Shown here in pieces: positions 15,433 through 24,813 of a DNA stretch of 32,000 nucleotides. The notes under the pieces are model-generated. The model worked only from the letters and a program-made list of their open reading frames with translations, had not been told where the DNA came from and did no database searches. The stretch's first letter is position 1; the number at the start of each line of letters is the position of its first letter. A program made the position numbers and the translations under genes. The stretch is from Nitrosopumilus sp. (GTDB lineage: Archaea; Thermoproteota; Nitrososphaeria; Nitrososphaerales; Nitrosopumilaceae), in contig OZ243974.1 in NCBI GenBank assembly GCA_965214775.1, positions 2,328,632 to 2,360,631 on the forward strand. The letters are read 5' to 3'.

Positions 15433-15991
15433 GATTTTCTGAATTAATCTGATCTATTCTCAAGTTTGCCAATACTTCGTTCAAAAACGCCTCTTCTGTT
15501 TGATGTGAAATGATGTCCATTATTGCATGCCAACAGTCGTCAATTTTTCTGTTAATTTGGGGAAACATCTTGTCTTTTCTGAACGCAGGATAAAACGACA
15601 ATAACCTCATGATTCCATCCGTCGACTGCACAATGTGGATAAAGTGAATGACCGATCTTAGCCTTTCATAAAACGTAAATTTTTCTTCCCTGGTCAAGCC
15701 GTCAAACCTCAGAATTTCCTCTAAAACCATCTCTGCTTCTCTATGCATGTTCTTGAGCTGATTGTTTATTGATTCGTACAAATTGATCAGTTCATACTCG
15801 ATGTGGGATCTGTCGTGAACTTTTCTCTCTATTTCTCCTGATTCTACCAACGCGCTGATTTCTCTGTAAACCGTTTTCTCATTTCCGACTTTTTTGATGA
15901 CTCTTTTTGCAAGATCAGTCCCCCTGGTCTTGCCGTTTTCATTTAGTATTCGAATAATCTCGGTTCTTATGATCTCTGAATTCTTGTCCAT
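15425..15991 (-). CDS. Winged-helix DNA-binding protein with helical C-terminal domain
   Basis: The N-terminus IIRILNENGKTRGTDLAKRVIKKVGNEKTVYREISALVESGEIERKV is a typical wHTH. The remaining ~120 aa are uncharacterised. Confidence 0.6.
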   Translation of the reverse strand: MDKNSEIIRTEIIRILNENGKTRGTDLAKRVIKKVGNEKTVYREISALVESGEIERKVHDRSHIEYELINLYESINNQLKNMHREAEMVLEEILRFDGLTREEKFTFYERLRSVIHFIHIVQSTDGIMRLLSFYPAFRKDKMFPQINRKIDDCWHAIMDIISHQTEEAFLNEVLANLRIDQINSENLN

Positions 15992-16002
15992 GGCAACTCC
16001 TC

Positions 16003-16272
16003 CTAGCTTCTCTGATATTTCTGAATCACTGCATTTTGCCCAGTCTCGTTAATTTCCCTTACTAATTCCTCTAGAATCATGATCCCTTTTTTGATTGGCT
16101 CTTTTTTGATATTTTTGTGCTCCAGTCTCTGTTTCAAAGCTGCTTTTTCGTTATTGACAAAGCCTAGCAGGGTGACACTGTCTCCCATGTTCAAATTTAT
16201 GAAAAAATCAACGTACTCTTCTGTCGATTGAATTCCCATACGGTTTGCATCCTTATCTGGTATTTGATTCAA
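16003..16272 (-). CDS. Hypothetical protein, likely co-transcribed with 15425-15991
   Basis: 89-aa ORF ending 11 nt upstream of the wHTH gene on the same strand. No motif recognised. Confidence 0.45.
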   Translation of the reverse strand: MNQIPDKDANRMGIQSTEEYVDFFINLNMGDSVTLLGFVNNEKAALKQRLEHKNIKKEPIKKGIMILEELVREINETGQNAVIQKYQRS

Positions 16273-16315
16273 ACACTTGACCTAGGTTTATTTACAATTC
16301 TGACCATGATGATGC

Positions 16316-16567
16316 ATGGACAGCTGTGATAGGCGGGTTCGTGCCTACAAAAATGGAAAAACCATGGAAGAGTGCAAGCAGATTGCCGAATCCATGAATC
16401 CGGATTTTAAACTCCAAATCCAAAAAAACGGAAAGATTCTGTGGACTGAGATTTTGGAGCAGGTTGACCATGACGAACTGCTTTACAAACTAACGCTCAA
16501 ATATCTGCGGCGAGACGGCTATGACATAGGAAACCATAAGATTCCTGAGGTCAAAAAACTTACTTAG
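16316..16567 (+). CDS. Hypothetical protein
   Basis: 83-aa ORF divergent from 16003-16272, with a 43-bp intergenic gap. Charged, protein-like composition. Confidence 0.45.
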   Translation: MDSCDRRVRAYKNGKTMEECKQIAESMNPDFKLQIQKNGKILWTEILEQVDHDELLYKLTLKYLRRDGYDIGNHKIPEVKKLT

Positions 16568-17393
16568 CAGAACCTATCTTGCAGCTGCCGTCGGGATTTC
16601 TTAACTTTCTTGCCATCACAAACGGTATTGCAAGCAAGACTGGTACTGAAACTGCAATAAACAATGTTTGCATCTGTGCTAGTGCAATTGATAGCGCTAT
16701 TCCGCTTGCCGTGCCTATGAATATGGAAAGAAACGTCCCCGCACATGTTGGACATGCTATAAACAATCCTGTGGCAGCACCTATGGTGCTCATCCCGCTC
16801 CCTTTTTTGGAAACTGCGTATGCATTAGCAGCAACTGACGCGTTTAGTGCCACCAAATAAGACACAATCACTTGCAAGACCAGGTTGATTGGGATTATCT
16901 GCAGTCCTACGTGTTCAGTCAGATATATGATTATTTTTGGCATGTATCCGGGACCGTCACAGCATGGCGCAATGAAGCCAGATGGAATGGAAGCCCCGTA
17001 GTGTGTGACAAAATTCACTTCCGGTTGGTAGACCAGCGTTCCTGAAACCAGTGAAAAAAATATCCCGTACCCGATAAAAGTTGCCACAAATATTTTTCTT
17101 GACTTTGAATTCCACGTGGCAATTGCAATAATTGCAAACAGGTCCGTTCCATTTGATCCTGCCTTTCCTTTGTGATACCTGTACATTCCAAGCGCAATGG
17201 CGCCAAATGACGCAATAAGCGTAATGTAGAACCCGATTGCAATTCTCTGTATCGTTTCAAGCGCACTTGGTGTCATCAATCCCGGATCCTGGTACCTGCC
17301 ATAGATTAGAAATATGATGGCAATGGCAACAAACCCTAAGATGATGAGTTTTTTGCCTTTGGATACAGCGGCACTTGCCTGTGATTTGTCCAT
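16560..17393 (-). CDS. Polytopic membrane protein with CC and CPxC cysteine motifs
   Basis: 277 aa with about 6-7 hydrophobic segments. APCCDGPGY sits in a loop and ACPTCAGT inside a predicted TM helix. Function not recognised. Confidence 0.65.
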   Translation of the reverse strand: MDKSQASAAVSKGKKLIILGFVAIAIIFLIYGRYQDPGLMTPSALETIQRIAIGFYITLIASFGAIALGMYRYHKGKAGSNGTDLFAIIAIATWNSKSRKIFVATFIGYGIFFSLVSGTLVYQPEVNFVTHYGASIPSGFIAPCCDGPGYMPKIIIYLTEHVGLQIIPINLVLQVIVSYLVALNASVAANAYAVSKKGSGMSTIGAATGLFIACPTCAGTFLSIFIGTASGIALSIALAQMQTLFIAVSVPVLLAIPFVMARKLRNPDGSCKIGSAK

Positions 17394-17427
17394 GCCTATG
17401 AGGTTTTTTGATGAAATTAAATTCTAT

Positions 17428-19254
17428 CTAGCTTAGTCTGGGTACGAAAATGTAGATGATTGCAATAATTTCGAGTCTGCCAAAAATCATCAAAAACCCT
17501 AGCACGATCTTGGTGGCAGGATCCGTGTCAAAATCTATGACCTCTGCAGACAGCCCTCCGGTTGTAATTACTCCTGCTGCCTCAAAGAATGCGTCTTGAA
17601 ACGGCACATCTTCAATTGATGCTAAATGCAGCCCTGTGATTGCAGAAATTGTCGGAAACAACGCAATTATGATTAGAGTCGAAGTGAGCTCTTTTTTTGC
17701 CTGGGTAGACAGTTCTGCTCTTTTTAATCTGCTAAATAACGCTGCGATGTCCTTAAAATGGAACAATCTGAAAATTTTCAAACCTCCTGCAGTTGAAAAT
17801 CCGCATCCTCCAATAAACATCAAAATTATCAAAATTGCATGTGCCCCGCCGTTCAATCCTGCCAGGCTTTCTAACTGCAATCCTGCAGTCGTACTTGCCG
17901 AAACAGAATAAAACGCGCTATCTATGGGGTTCAGGCCGCTGACCCCCGTGAACAGTATGATTGCACTCCCTAAAATTGCAAAGTATGCCAATACTTCTTT
18001 GCCGAGTTTTGGTGCAAGGAATTTTTTCCTAACAAATGCATAGTGGAATGTAAACGGCAGTGCGCCAAGAATCATTGCACCCATTAAGACAACTTCCTTT
18101 TGCCAGCTGATGTCGTCTAAAATTTGCGAGGACGGTATGAATCCTCCTGTGGCCAGAGTGCTCATTGCAAGTGAAAAATTATCTAAAATGTTGGCCTCCC
18201 CAAAGAAAAACAGCAACATTGCGACAATTACGATGTATACTGCAAAAATTACGGTAATCGTTGAAAATAGCTCCTTCATGTGCAAAGTTCTGCCTGAAAT
18301 AAAGCCTCTCATTGATTGTAGTTTTGATTCAGGATAAAACGCAGTGATTACCAGATAGATGAAACTCATTCCCCCTACCATCTGGGTATAACTACGATAG
18401 AACGTGAAACTCTGTGTAAGATTTTCAGGCTCATCAAATAGTGAGATTCCCCCCGTAGTGAACCCTGCGGCGCTTGAGAAAAATGCGTTACCAAACACCT
18501 CCACATTCGTCTCGTCAGTAGGAAATACGTACAGATACGGAACTGTTCCAAACAGCGACAACAAGAACAGGCTTGAAAATACCAAAATTGACGCCTGCTG
18601 CAGGTTCAAGCTTGATTTTTCACCATATGAATTCAGAAAAAAGCCTGTTACAAGCAACAGGACCGTTGTAAGATAAATCCCGGTTGCCGTAACAGTGTCT
18701 TCCAAAATTGTAGCGACAATTGCCGGAACAAGTAAGAGCACTCCTGCAAACTGTAAAACAAAACCTAGATTTCCCAAGACTGCCTTGACAGGAGGACTCA
18801 GCACTCTTGGCGAAACCACTGTGGCATCTCTTATCACATTTGCAATACTTGCTTGGAAAATCATTCCGACGACCTGATTTTTCTTTGACAGTACCGGAAG
18901 CTTTCTAATGTGACTGTCTCTCATCTTGTGTAATGCGTCTTGGAGCGTGGATTTTTCACCAATGGTAATTAGCGGGGTTGACATGATGTCTTTTAGGGTC
19001 GTATCTTCGGCAGAGACTGTCACATCGCTTACTTTGCTTAGAATGTCTTCATCTGTTACGATTCCGACCGGGAGTTTTTTACCGTCTGTCACAATAATGT
19101 CGTCAGTTTCATAATGTCTTAACATCCTTGCAGCCTCCCTTGTTAATGTATTTTCATTTAGTATCAGAACATCTTTGTCCATGTATTCTGTAACATACTT
19201 GCTGAGAACATAGGAAACTGCCCGTTCTGGATTTGTAGACATTAAGCTACCCAT
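17428..19254 (-). CDS. trkH: TrkH/KtrB-family cation (K+) transporter with an N-terminal CBS-domain pair
   Basis: Four pore-loop signatures (FTTGGISL, LATGGFIPS, STTAGLQL, ITTGGLSAE) typical of the TrkH/KtrB fourfold MPM architecture. The first ~140 aa contain two CBS-like units (IIVTDGKKLPVGIVTDEDIL; IRKLPVLSKKNQVVGMIF). Confidence 0.85.
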   Translation of the reverse strand: MGSLMSTNPERAVSYVLSKYVTEYMDKDVLILNENTLTREAARMLRHYETDDIIVTDGKKLPVGIVTDEDILSKVSDVTVSAEDTTLKDIMSTPLITIGEKSTLQDALHKMRDSHIRKLPVLSKKNQVVGMIFQASIANVIRDATVVSPRVLSPPVKAVLGNLGFVLQFAGVLLLVPAIVATILEDTVTATGIYLTTVLLLVTGFFLNSYGEKSSLNLQQASILVFSSLFLLSLFGTVPYLYVFPTDETNVEVFGNAFFSSAAGFTTGGISLFDEPENLTQSFTFYRSYTQMVGGMSFIYLVITAFYPESKLQSMRGFISGRTLHMKELFSTITVIFAVYIVIVAMLLFFFGEANILDNFSLAMSTLATGGFIPSSQILDDISWQKEVVLMGAMILGALPFTFHYAFVRKKFLAPKLGKEVLAYFAILGSAIILFTGVSGLNPIDSAFYSVSASTTAGLQLESLAGLNGGAHAILIILMFIGGCGFSTAGGLKIFRLFHFKDIAALFSRLKRAELSTQAKKELTSTLIIIALFPTISAITGLHLASIEDVPFQDAFFEAAGVITTGGLSAEVIDFDTDPATKIVLGFLMIFGRLEIIAIIYIFVPRLS

Positions 19255-19372
19255 AGTTGGGGATTTTAAATAATTTGGGGTTATGCAGCAGATTTGATCG
19301 TTAAAAAATTATTTACCTCTTGAGGCTGATCCGGAAATTTTGCTATCTTTATAAGCACTGAGCCTGAAGTTT

Positions 19373-19813
19373 ATGCGTAAGACGATGGATATTGACCAAG
19401 CACAAGAGGCCGATTATGAATCAGTCAAAATTGACTATGTCGGGTTTGTGGATCCCTATGCTGTAGAGGGGATGGTGATTCTCAAGGCTGACAGCGGAAA
19501 AGAATTTCACATGCGCGCGTTTTCTGGAGAAGTTGCAAGACACATCTCAAGTTTTGGCGAAACTAAAGGAGAGCCTGCCCCGTCCATTTACAAAATGATC
19601 GAGGAGATTTGTGAAGAAAACGAACTGGTTTTAGTTAAAGTGAAAATCTACGAGAGCGGCAAGGTATTGCGCGCAAATCTCTACCTTACTGGCAAAAAAG
19701 ACCTGGTTTTAAGAAATTACAGGGCATCAGACGCAATGGCCCTTGGCGTCTATTATAAAATCCCAATTTTGGTTAGAAAGAATCTTCTAAAAGAAAGTAT
19801 AGAGGCAGAGTAG
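19373..19813 (+). CDS. Bifunctional nuclease (BFN/DUF151) domain protein
   Basis: VILKADSGKEFHMRAFSGEVARHI, PSIYKMIEEI, ELVLVKVKIYESGKVLRANLYL and ASDAMALGVYYKIPILV follow the conserved BFN-domain layout. Confidence 0.7.
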   Translation: MRKTMDIDQAQEADYESVKIDYVGFVDPYAVEGMVILKADSGKEFHMRAFSGEVARHISSFGETKGEPAPSIYKMIEEICEENELVLVKVKIYESGKVLRANLYLTGKKDLVLRNYRASDAMALGVYYKIPILVRKNLLKESIEAE

Positions 19814-19819
19814 CCTGGA

Positions 19820-19858
19820 GCACTAGTACCAATAGCAGCACTAGTACCAGTGTTTTTT
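19820..19858 (+). terminator. Candidate terminator: near-palindromic duplicated GCACTAGTACC followed by T6
   Basis: GCACTAGTACC occurs at 19820-19830 and 19838-19848; the two copies can pair at 8 of 10 positions. TTTTTT lies at 19853-19858, immediately after the stop at 19813. Archaeal termination commonly uses oligo-T. Confidence 0.35.
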
Positions 19859-20320
19859 GATAGTCATTCATTGCGGTGCCATAAATGAGCAAGAACGACT
19901 GCTGAGTGATATGCTAAATGAGGCAATGAAACAATTGAACATGATATACGCTCCGTCTTTGTGAGGGAAACTGGGCTTTTGATTTACCAGAACAACCAGT
20001 TGTCGGTTTGCTCAAAATTAGAGATCAAATGGTTCCAAAACGATGGAATCCATCATCTGGAATGTGCCGCATCGATGTGTTGTATAGCAACGGGCAGAAG
20101 TCTTTGAGTCAAAGTAGGTCATAACTACGCGTAAAAAACCTCAATTATTTCTGCTCGTTGCTATAGCCAGTAACATCTGGGTGAAACGTAAACGGGACTG
20201 TTGTTGTTGTTTTTGTCTTGTTATTGAGGCGCCGTGCTTCTGTCCTGTTTCTGTTTTTACTCGATTTTTTGACATATTTAGCTTAGATGTGCAGAACATA
20301 ACACTTTTGATTCCGGCGTA

Positions 20321-20578
20321 ATGAATATTTTCATGGCCAATCTTGAAAAACTCTACAAAAAAGTTGCCTTGCAAATAATTGAAAGGTGTCACGGGGGAAT
20401 CAAAATTGTAAAGCATGGAAGGATTATCAAAGTTTATGATCCTAAACGCCACATCTGGAGTAAGGGCCTAGCCGGATTAATCATCAAAGAGGAATGCAAA
20501 ATTGCAAATCTTCGCCATTGGGAGTTGGCAAATGTCCGCAGCTATGTTGTCGATGAACTGCTCTCAAAATCCGACTAG
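20321..20578 (+). CDS. Hypothetical protein
   Basis: 85-aa ORF with lysine-rich, protein-like composition. Overlaps the antisense ORF 20141-20452, which looks less protein-like over the shared part. Confidence 0.35.
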   Translation: MNIFMANLEKLYKKVALQIIERCHGGIKIVKHGRIIKVYDPKRHIWSKGLAGLIIKEECKIANLRHWELANVRSYVVDELLSKSD

Positions 20579-20838
20579 CGTGCCACTTTTCTGATCAAAT
20601 GTGGCTCTTTGAGCATGATGGTGTCATCTTTGAGTGATGACAACACTACCTGCTTTAGGTTGTAATTCGTAATTACGATTAATGCCTCACATCTGGTACA
20701 TAGAATTGTTTTTCCATCGGATCTCTCTTCTCTGATGACATTTTTTTCCAGCCTGTCACATTTTTCACATGTGGGACAAAGTCCTGGTTCTTTTGAAATG
20801 GTGATTATCTCTTTGACAAAAATCGTCCTTCCTCCCAT
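20575..20838 (-). CDS. Zinc-ribbon-like small protein
   Basis: 87 aa with CPTCEKC ... CTRCE, two CxxC pairs about 30 residues apart. Confidence 0.5.
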   Translation of the reverse strand: MGGRTIFVKEIITISKEPGLCPTCEKCDRLEKNVIREERSDGKTILCTRCEALIVITNYNLKQVVLSSLKDDTIMLKEPHLIRKVAR

Positions 20839-21369
20839 ATTTTTTTCAATTTTGTTGCCTAGAAAAGAGTTTGCAAGTCAAGTCAATTGGCATCAGCAGT
20901 TTATCTTTGAGCGTCAAACCGTTTAATCGCTCAAATCTAAACGAATGGTATTCAATATATTTCCAATCCGGCCAATTGACAAATGCATCTGCAATCAAGA
21001 GAAAGATAATCTTTTTGATGCTATGTGTCATCTAGGCAAAATGTGAGCAAAAAGAATCGTCTTTGTCTTGTTGTTGGGAATATCTGGGACGTGTGCATGT
21101 GCATTTACTGCCTCAGTCTCCTGCCTGCAGGACTTTTCACCACTTTTGTTTATCTGGCCACAGAGTTTCTCCCATCTCTTGTGATTTTTTTGACTGCTTT
21201 TGAATAACTATGCGGGCATTTTGCCTTTGCATTTTTTTTGCTTGACGTGCTCTGATTTTTTCAGACTCCAATCATTCTGGATGCATGCATGCCTATTATG
21301 TTTCTAGTTCATACATCAGCATTAATGCCGTCCATGTAATTGTCGCAACTGATGATTCGTTTTTGGCTA

Positions 21370-22461
21370 CTATGTAACTATCTCATCTAGCCTGTCTTCC
21401 TCTTGAGCTCGCTTAATCTCCATTGCAATTCTTCTTCCGACACCAAACGTAGTTCCGTACTGGTACTTTGTGTATGGGCTAGTTGTCGCAACGATGGGGT
21501 TTCCAGGAACTCTTAATGAGACGTCATAAACAATCAACTCCAAATCCTTGGTAATCACACATTGCAATGAGAACGGACCGATTATTCCCGGTGCATACTC
21601 TTTTTTGGCTGCAGCCACAAACCTGTCTCCAATTTTGAATACCTTTTCTAACAGGGATTCTCTGATGCTTGCAGGAGTGTGTCCTACCTCGATATTTTGC
21701 AACTCCATGTCGATGTCAAGCTGCTGTTTTGCAGGAAGCGCATTATAGTCATGAATGTTGGTCTGCAGCCTTCTTTCAATCCCGATAAAATCGACCTGGT
21801 CTGAGATCAAGGTGTAAAAGAAGTTGAAATTCATGTATGTTCCAATTGCCAATTCCTCAATGCTGGCAAGCTCCAGATCTTTTCTTGCAATGATTCCTTG
21901 TTTGATCTTTGCCTCGGATTTTTCCTTGTAGTCCTTGTGGGATGAAACTGTAAAAAACGCTCTTTCTGATGGCCTGCTCTTCTCTTGAACCTTTACAATA
22001 CACGGCCTGTCGATTCCTTTTGGATCTTTGAATAATTTTGGATGTTTGATTCTGGCTTTCTCTAGCAGATAGTATTGCCCTCTTTTTGCAGTCCTTTCTT
22101 CTGCCTGGAATAGTTTCCTGTTTCCAAAAATTGGAACCTTGAAAGAGTTCTCAAGGGTTTTGTATCCGAGATAAACGGCAAGCGAGCGGTGGGGGACAAT
22201 TACCGTACTTGATTCCCTTAACTCCCTTTGATATTTGGCCAAAGCCATGTCTTTGAATTTGTTTAATACCACGATGTTGTCTGCAATTCTGCCAAATCTT
22301 TGATATGGCCCCTCTCTGCCTTTCTGGCAGAATACCACGGTCTCAAAACCTTCATCTTTTGCTCCGTCCATAATCTCAAGGGCCGAATGGCTTCCCAGTA
22401 CGCCTATTTTTACGTCTGAATAACCGCTTACAATTTTTTTAATCTCAGAATCCCTTATCAT
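21370..22461 (-). CDS. purP: 5-formaminoimidazole-4-carboxamide ribonucleotide (FAICAR) synthetase, archaeal ATP-grasp PurP
   Basis: IGVLGSHSALEIMDGAKDEGFETV, VPHRSLAVYLGYKTLENSFKVPIFGNR, RESLLEKVFKIGDRFV and PGIIGPFSLQ are colinear with characterised archaeal PurP (e.g. Methanocaldococcus MJ0136, from memory). Confidence 0.9.
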   Translation of the reverse strand: MIRDSEIKKIVSGYSDVKIGVLGSHSALEIMDGAKDEGFETVVFCQKGREGPYQRFGRIADNIVVLNKFKDMALAKYQRELRESSTVIVPHRSLAVYLGYKTLENSFKVPIFGNRKLFQAEERTAKRGQYYLLEKARIKHPKLFKDPKGIDRPCIVKVQEKSRPSERAFFTVSSHKDYKEKSEAKIKQGIIARKDLELASIEELAIGTYMNFNFFYTLISDQVDFIGIERRLQTNIHDYNALPAKQQLDIDMELQNIEVGHTPASIRESLLEKVFKIGDRFVAAAKKEYAPGIIGPFSLQCVITKDLELIVYDVSLRVPGNPIVATTSPYTKYQYGTTFGVGRRIAMEIKRAQEEDRLDEIVT

Positions 22462-22481
22462 GTAAATCCTTGACGGGAGGA

Positions 22482-22495
22482 TCTAATATAGCTAA
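22482..22495 (-). promoter_or_regulatory. TATA-like box upstream of purP
   Basis: The minus strand reads TTAGCTATATTA, centred about 26 nt upstream of the purP ATG. This spacing fits a leaderless archaeal transcript. Confidence 0.3.
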
Positions 22496-22585
22496 TTTCT
22501 CTTTTTTCAGATCGGCTGACTAGATCGCAAGATTTTTCTCAACCGCACTTTCATTGAATTCATGCTGTATCATTTTGAACTTCAC

Positions 22586-22708
22586 ATGGCAGGAGTGATT
22601 TTGTTAACTGCCATGGCCATAGGCGGAATCTCATTATGGCTGAAAAGACGACGTGAAAGACAGCAACTTGAGTCTGCATCAGATGCAGATGAATCCTCAA
22701 ATTTCTAG
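22586..22708 (+). CDS. Possible 40-aa single-pass membrane peptide
   Basis: Hand-translated MAGVILLTAMAIGGISLWLKRRRERQQLESASDADESSNF: a hydrophobic helix followed by a KRRR anchor. Below the ORF-track cut-off. Confidence 0.25.
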   Translation: MAGVILLTAMAIGGISLWLKRRRERQQLESASDADESSNF

Positions 22709-22764
22709 TGTCCTGGCTGTGATTTTTGCTCTAATACATAAAATACAGTAATTTTCAAGAATAG

Positions 22765-23328
22765 TTGTTGAAACTAATCCTTGCCATCACCGGCAGTACC
22801 GGGGCAATTTATGGGATACGAATGCTTGAGACCCTGAAAAAACTCGACGTTAAAACGCACCTGGTAATTTCTGAGTGGGGCAAAAAATGCATTACGATGG
22901 AGACAGAACACTCTGTTGATTATGTAAAATCACTTGCAACAGATGTATCTGATGAAAAAAACATGGCCTCCAGCGTTTCTAGCGGGACTCACAGGGTTGA
23001 CGGAATGGCCGTCGTCCCATGCAGCATGAAAACGCTGTCTGCCATTGCTAATGGCTATGATGATACTCTTGTTGCAAGAGCTGCCGGTGTCACAATCAAG
23101 GAATCCAGAAAACTGGTATTGATGGTTCGTGAAACCCCGTTGTCTGCAATTCATTTAGAAAACATGCTGAAACTTGCACGTCTTGGGATAGTAATTCTGC
23201 CACCTGTGACTGAGTTTTATACCAAGCCAAAGTCCATAGACGATATCGTAAATCACGGTGTCGGAAAGTGCCTTGATCAATTTGACTTAGAGCACAATTT
23301 ATACCCTCGATGGGGATCTTCCTTCTAA
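22765..23328 (+). CDS. ubiX: Flavin prenyltransferase UbiX
   Basis: LAITGSTGAIYGIRMLETL, HLVISEWGK, VVPCSMKTLSAIANGYDDTLVARAA and LMVRETPL are canonical UbiX/Pad1 blocks. TTG start. Confidence 0.9.
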   Translation: MLKLILAITGSTGAIYGIRMLETLKKLDVKTHLVISEWGKKCITMETEHSVDYVKSLATDVSDEKNMASSVSSGTHRVDGMAVVPCSMKTLSAIANGYDDTLVARAAGVTIKESRKLVLMVRETPLSAIHLENMLKLARLGIVILPPVTEFYTKPKSIDDIVNHGVGKCLDQFDLEHNLYPRWGSSF

Positions 23329-23335
23329 GATACAA

Positions 23336-23761
23336 TTGCCAACGTTTTCTTTTGTAAAAACAATATCTGCTGACAGGGATTTTGTTTTCGAGATTTTTTC
23401 AAATTATGAAGACTACCAAAAACTAATCCCGCAACATTTCCCGTCAATCCGGGTCCGTTCTGCCAGGGGTAATGTCGCAGTAGTTGAAGAACATGTGAAT
23501 TTTGGACCTGAAGAGTTTGTCATCATGGCAAAACACATCTCAAAAAAACCCTCCATGCATGAAATTTATGTAATTGGCGGCAATATCAAGGGAAGTCATT
23601 TCAAGCAGCAGTTCGTCGAAGTTCCTCAAGGAACCATGGTTGTCGTAGATGTTGAGATCAAGCTGGGAAGGCTAAAAATCAAAAAACTTCTTGGGGCAAG
23701 CAAATACGCCCAATATTATCAGAAAATTTTAGATGATTTTGCAAGACTGTGCGAAAGCTAG
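23336..23761 (+). CDS. SRPBCC (START/polyketide-cyclase-like) family protein
   Basis: 141 aa. The N-terminus FSFVKTISADRDFVFEIFSNYEDYQKLIPQHF and the size fit the SRPBCC ligand-binding fold. Sits directly downstream of ubiX. TTG start. Its TAG shares the tetranucleotide CTAG with the convergent tatA stop. Confidence 0.6.
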   Translation: MPTFSFVKTISADRDFVFEIFSNYEDYQKLIPQHFPSIRVRSARGNVAVVEEHVNFGPEEFVIMAKHISKKPSMHEIYVIGGNIKGSHFKQQFVEVPQGTMVVVDVEIKLGRLKIKKLLGASKYAQYYQKILDDFARLCES

Positions 23762-23964
23762 TCTGTTTTTGCTTTTTTGTCTTTAAAGTCTTTGAGTTCT
23801 TTTTCGCCTTCGATCTTTCCTTTCTCAAACTCTCCTTTTGCCTTGCCAAAAGTTTTGGCCAGTTCTGGGATCTTTTTTGCCCCGAAAATCAGCACCACTG
23901 CGATGATTATGATGAAGATCCATTCTTGACCTGCAATAAAGTTGGCCAAATTCAGTCCTAGCAT
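23758..23964 (-). CDS. tatA: Twin-arginine translocase subunit TatA/E
   Basis: 68 aa: a single TM helix then FGAKKIPELAKTFGKAKGEFEKG, the TatA hinge and amphipathic-helix signature. Confidence 0.85.
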   Translation of the reverse strand: MLGLNLANFIAGQEWIFIIIIAVVLIFGAKKIPELAKTFGKAKGEFEKGKIEGEKELKDFKDKKAKTD

Positions 23965-23991
23965 TATGCATCTTATATGTCAAGTTTGAAT

Positions 23992-24783
23992 TTAAGTGTT
24001 CAACTTTTGACGCTCCTTGCGTCCAATGATGATCATGCCTGTCATGTATAGTGCCATCATCGGTCCTGCAATAAACCACATTGTCACGCCACTTCCGTCC
24101 GGAGTAACCACTGCTCCAAAAACCACTATTGCAATAATTGCATACCTGATATTTTTTCTCCAAAAACCAGAATCCACCATGCCTGATGCAACAATTGCAT
24201 ACATTACAAGCGGTAATTGAAATGAAAATCCAAATGCGAGCAAAAACTGCAAGACAAACGTAACAAAGTCAATGACATTCAGAAATGTAACTAGCCCCGC
24301 CGATTCGCCATATCTGTACAAAAACTCCAGGATGTATGGCACTACTAGACTATAAGAGAAAATACACCCTGCAGCAAACAAACCAACTGCAGGCAACGAA
24401 ATGCCTCTGCTGACGTTGATTTCGTTTTCTTTTAGTGCTGGTTTGATGAATCCTACAAACTCTCTGACTATAACTGGCATGCCGACTACGATTCCTGCTA
24501 GTGCTGCGATGTATACTTGGGCAAAAAATGCTTGGCCTGGCGCAGTTTGAATCAACTGAACATCCTCCGGTACGAGATTGTCCCTCATATGGCTGGTAAT
24601 CTGTGCTGCGATATTGTCCATTGGCTGTGGTACTGGATAATACAACGTGACTTGACCAAGATGAACGGGTTCCACATGAAACGCTAGGATAAACACGGTA
24701 ATAACTCCGATAATGATTGTGACCCGAAGCAGACGTTTTCGCAGTTCTTCTAGATGTTGATTGAATCCTTCCAATTCAGACAT
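23992..24783 (-). CDS. tatC: Twin-arginine translocase subunit TatC
   Basis: 263 aa, six hydrophobic segments. HLEELRKRLL N-terminus and FSFQLPLVM block typical of TatC. Adjacent to tatA. Confidence 0.9.
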   Translation of the reverse strand: MSELEGFNQHLEELRKRLLRVTIIIGVITVFILAFHVEPVHLGQVTLYYPVPQPMDNIAAQITSHMRDNLVPEDVQLIQTAPGQAFFAQVYIAALAGIVVGMPVIVREFVGFIKPALKENEINVSRGISLPAVGLFAAGCIFSYSLVVPYILEFLYRYGESAGLVTFLNVIDFVTFVLQFLLAFGFSFQLPLVMYAIVASGMVDSGFWRKNIRYAIIAIVVFGAVVTPDGSGVTMWFIAGPMMALYMTGMIIIGRKERQKLNT

Positions 24784-24813
24784 TGTGTGTATTTGCTTTC
24801 TAATCTATATCAA

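Noticed and set aside
17636-19114. Several 60-90-aa plus-strand ORFs inside the trkH region.
   Set aside because: They are antisense to a 608-aa ORF with four clear pore-loop motifs. Their composition is typical of antisense reading of a hydrophobic protein gene.
20141-20452. 103-aa minus-strand ORF overlapping 20321-20578. A shorter basic 44-aa version starts at 20275.
   Set aside because: The overlapping part reads less protein-like than the plus-strand ORF. The short basic version cannot be supported without comparative data.
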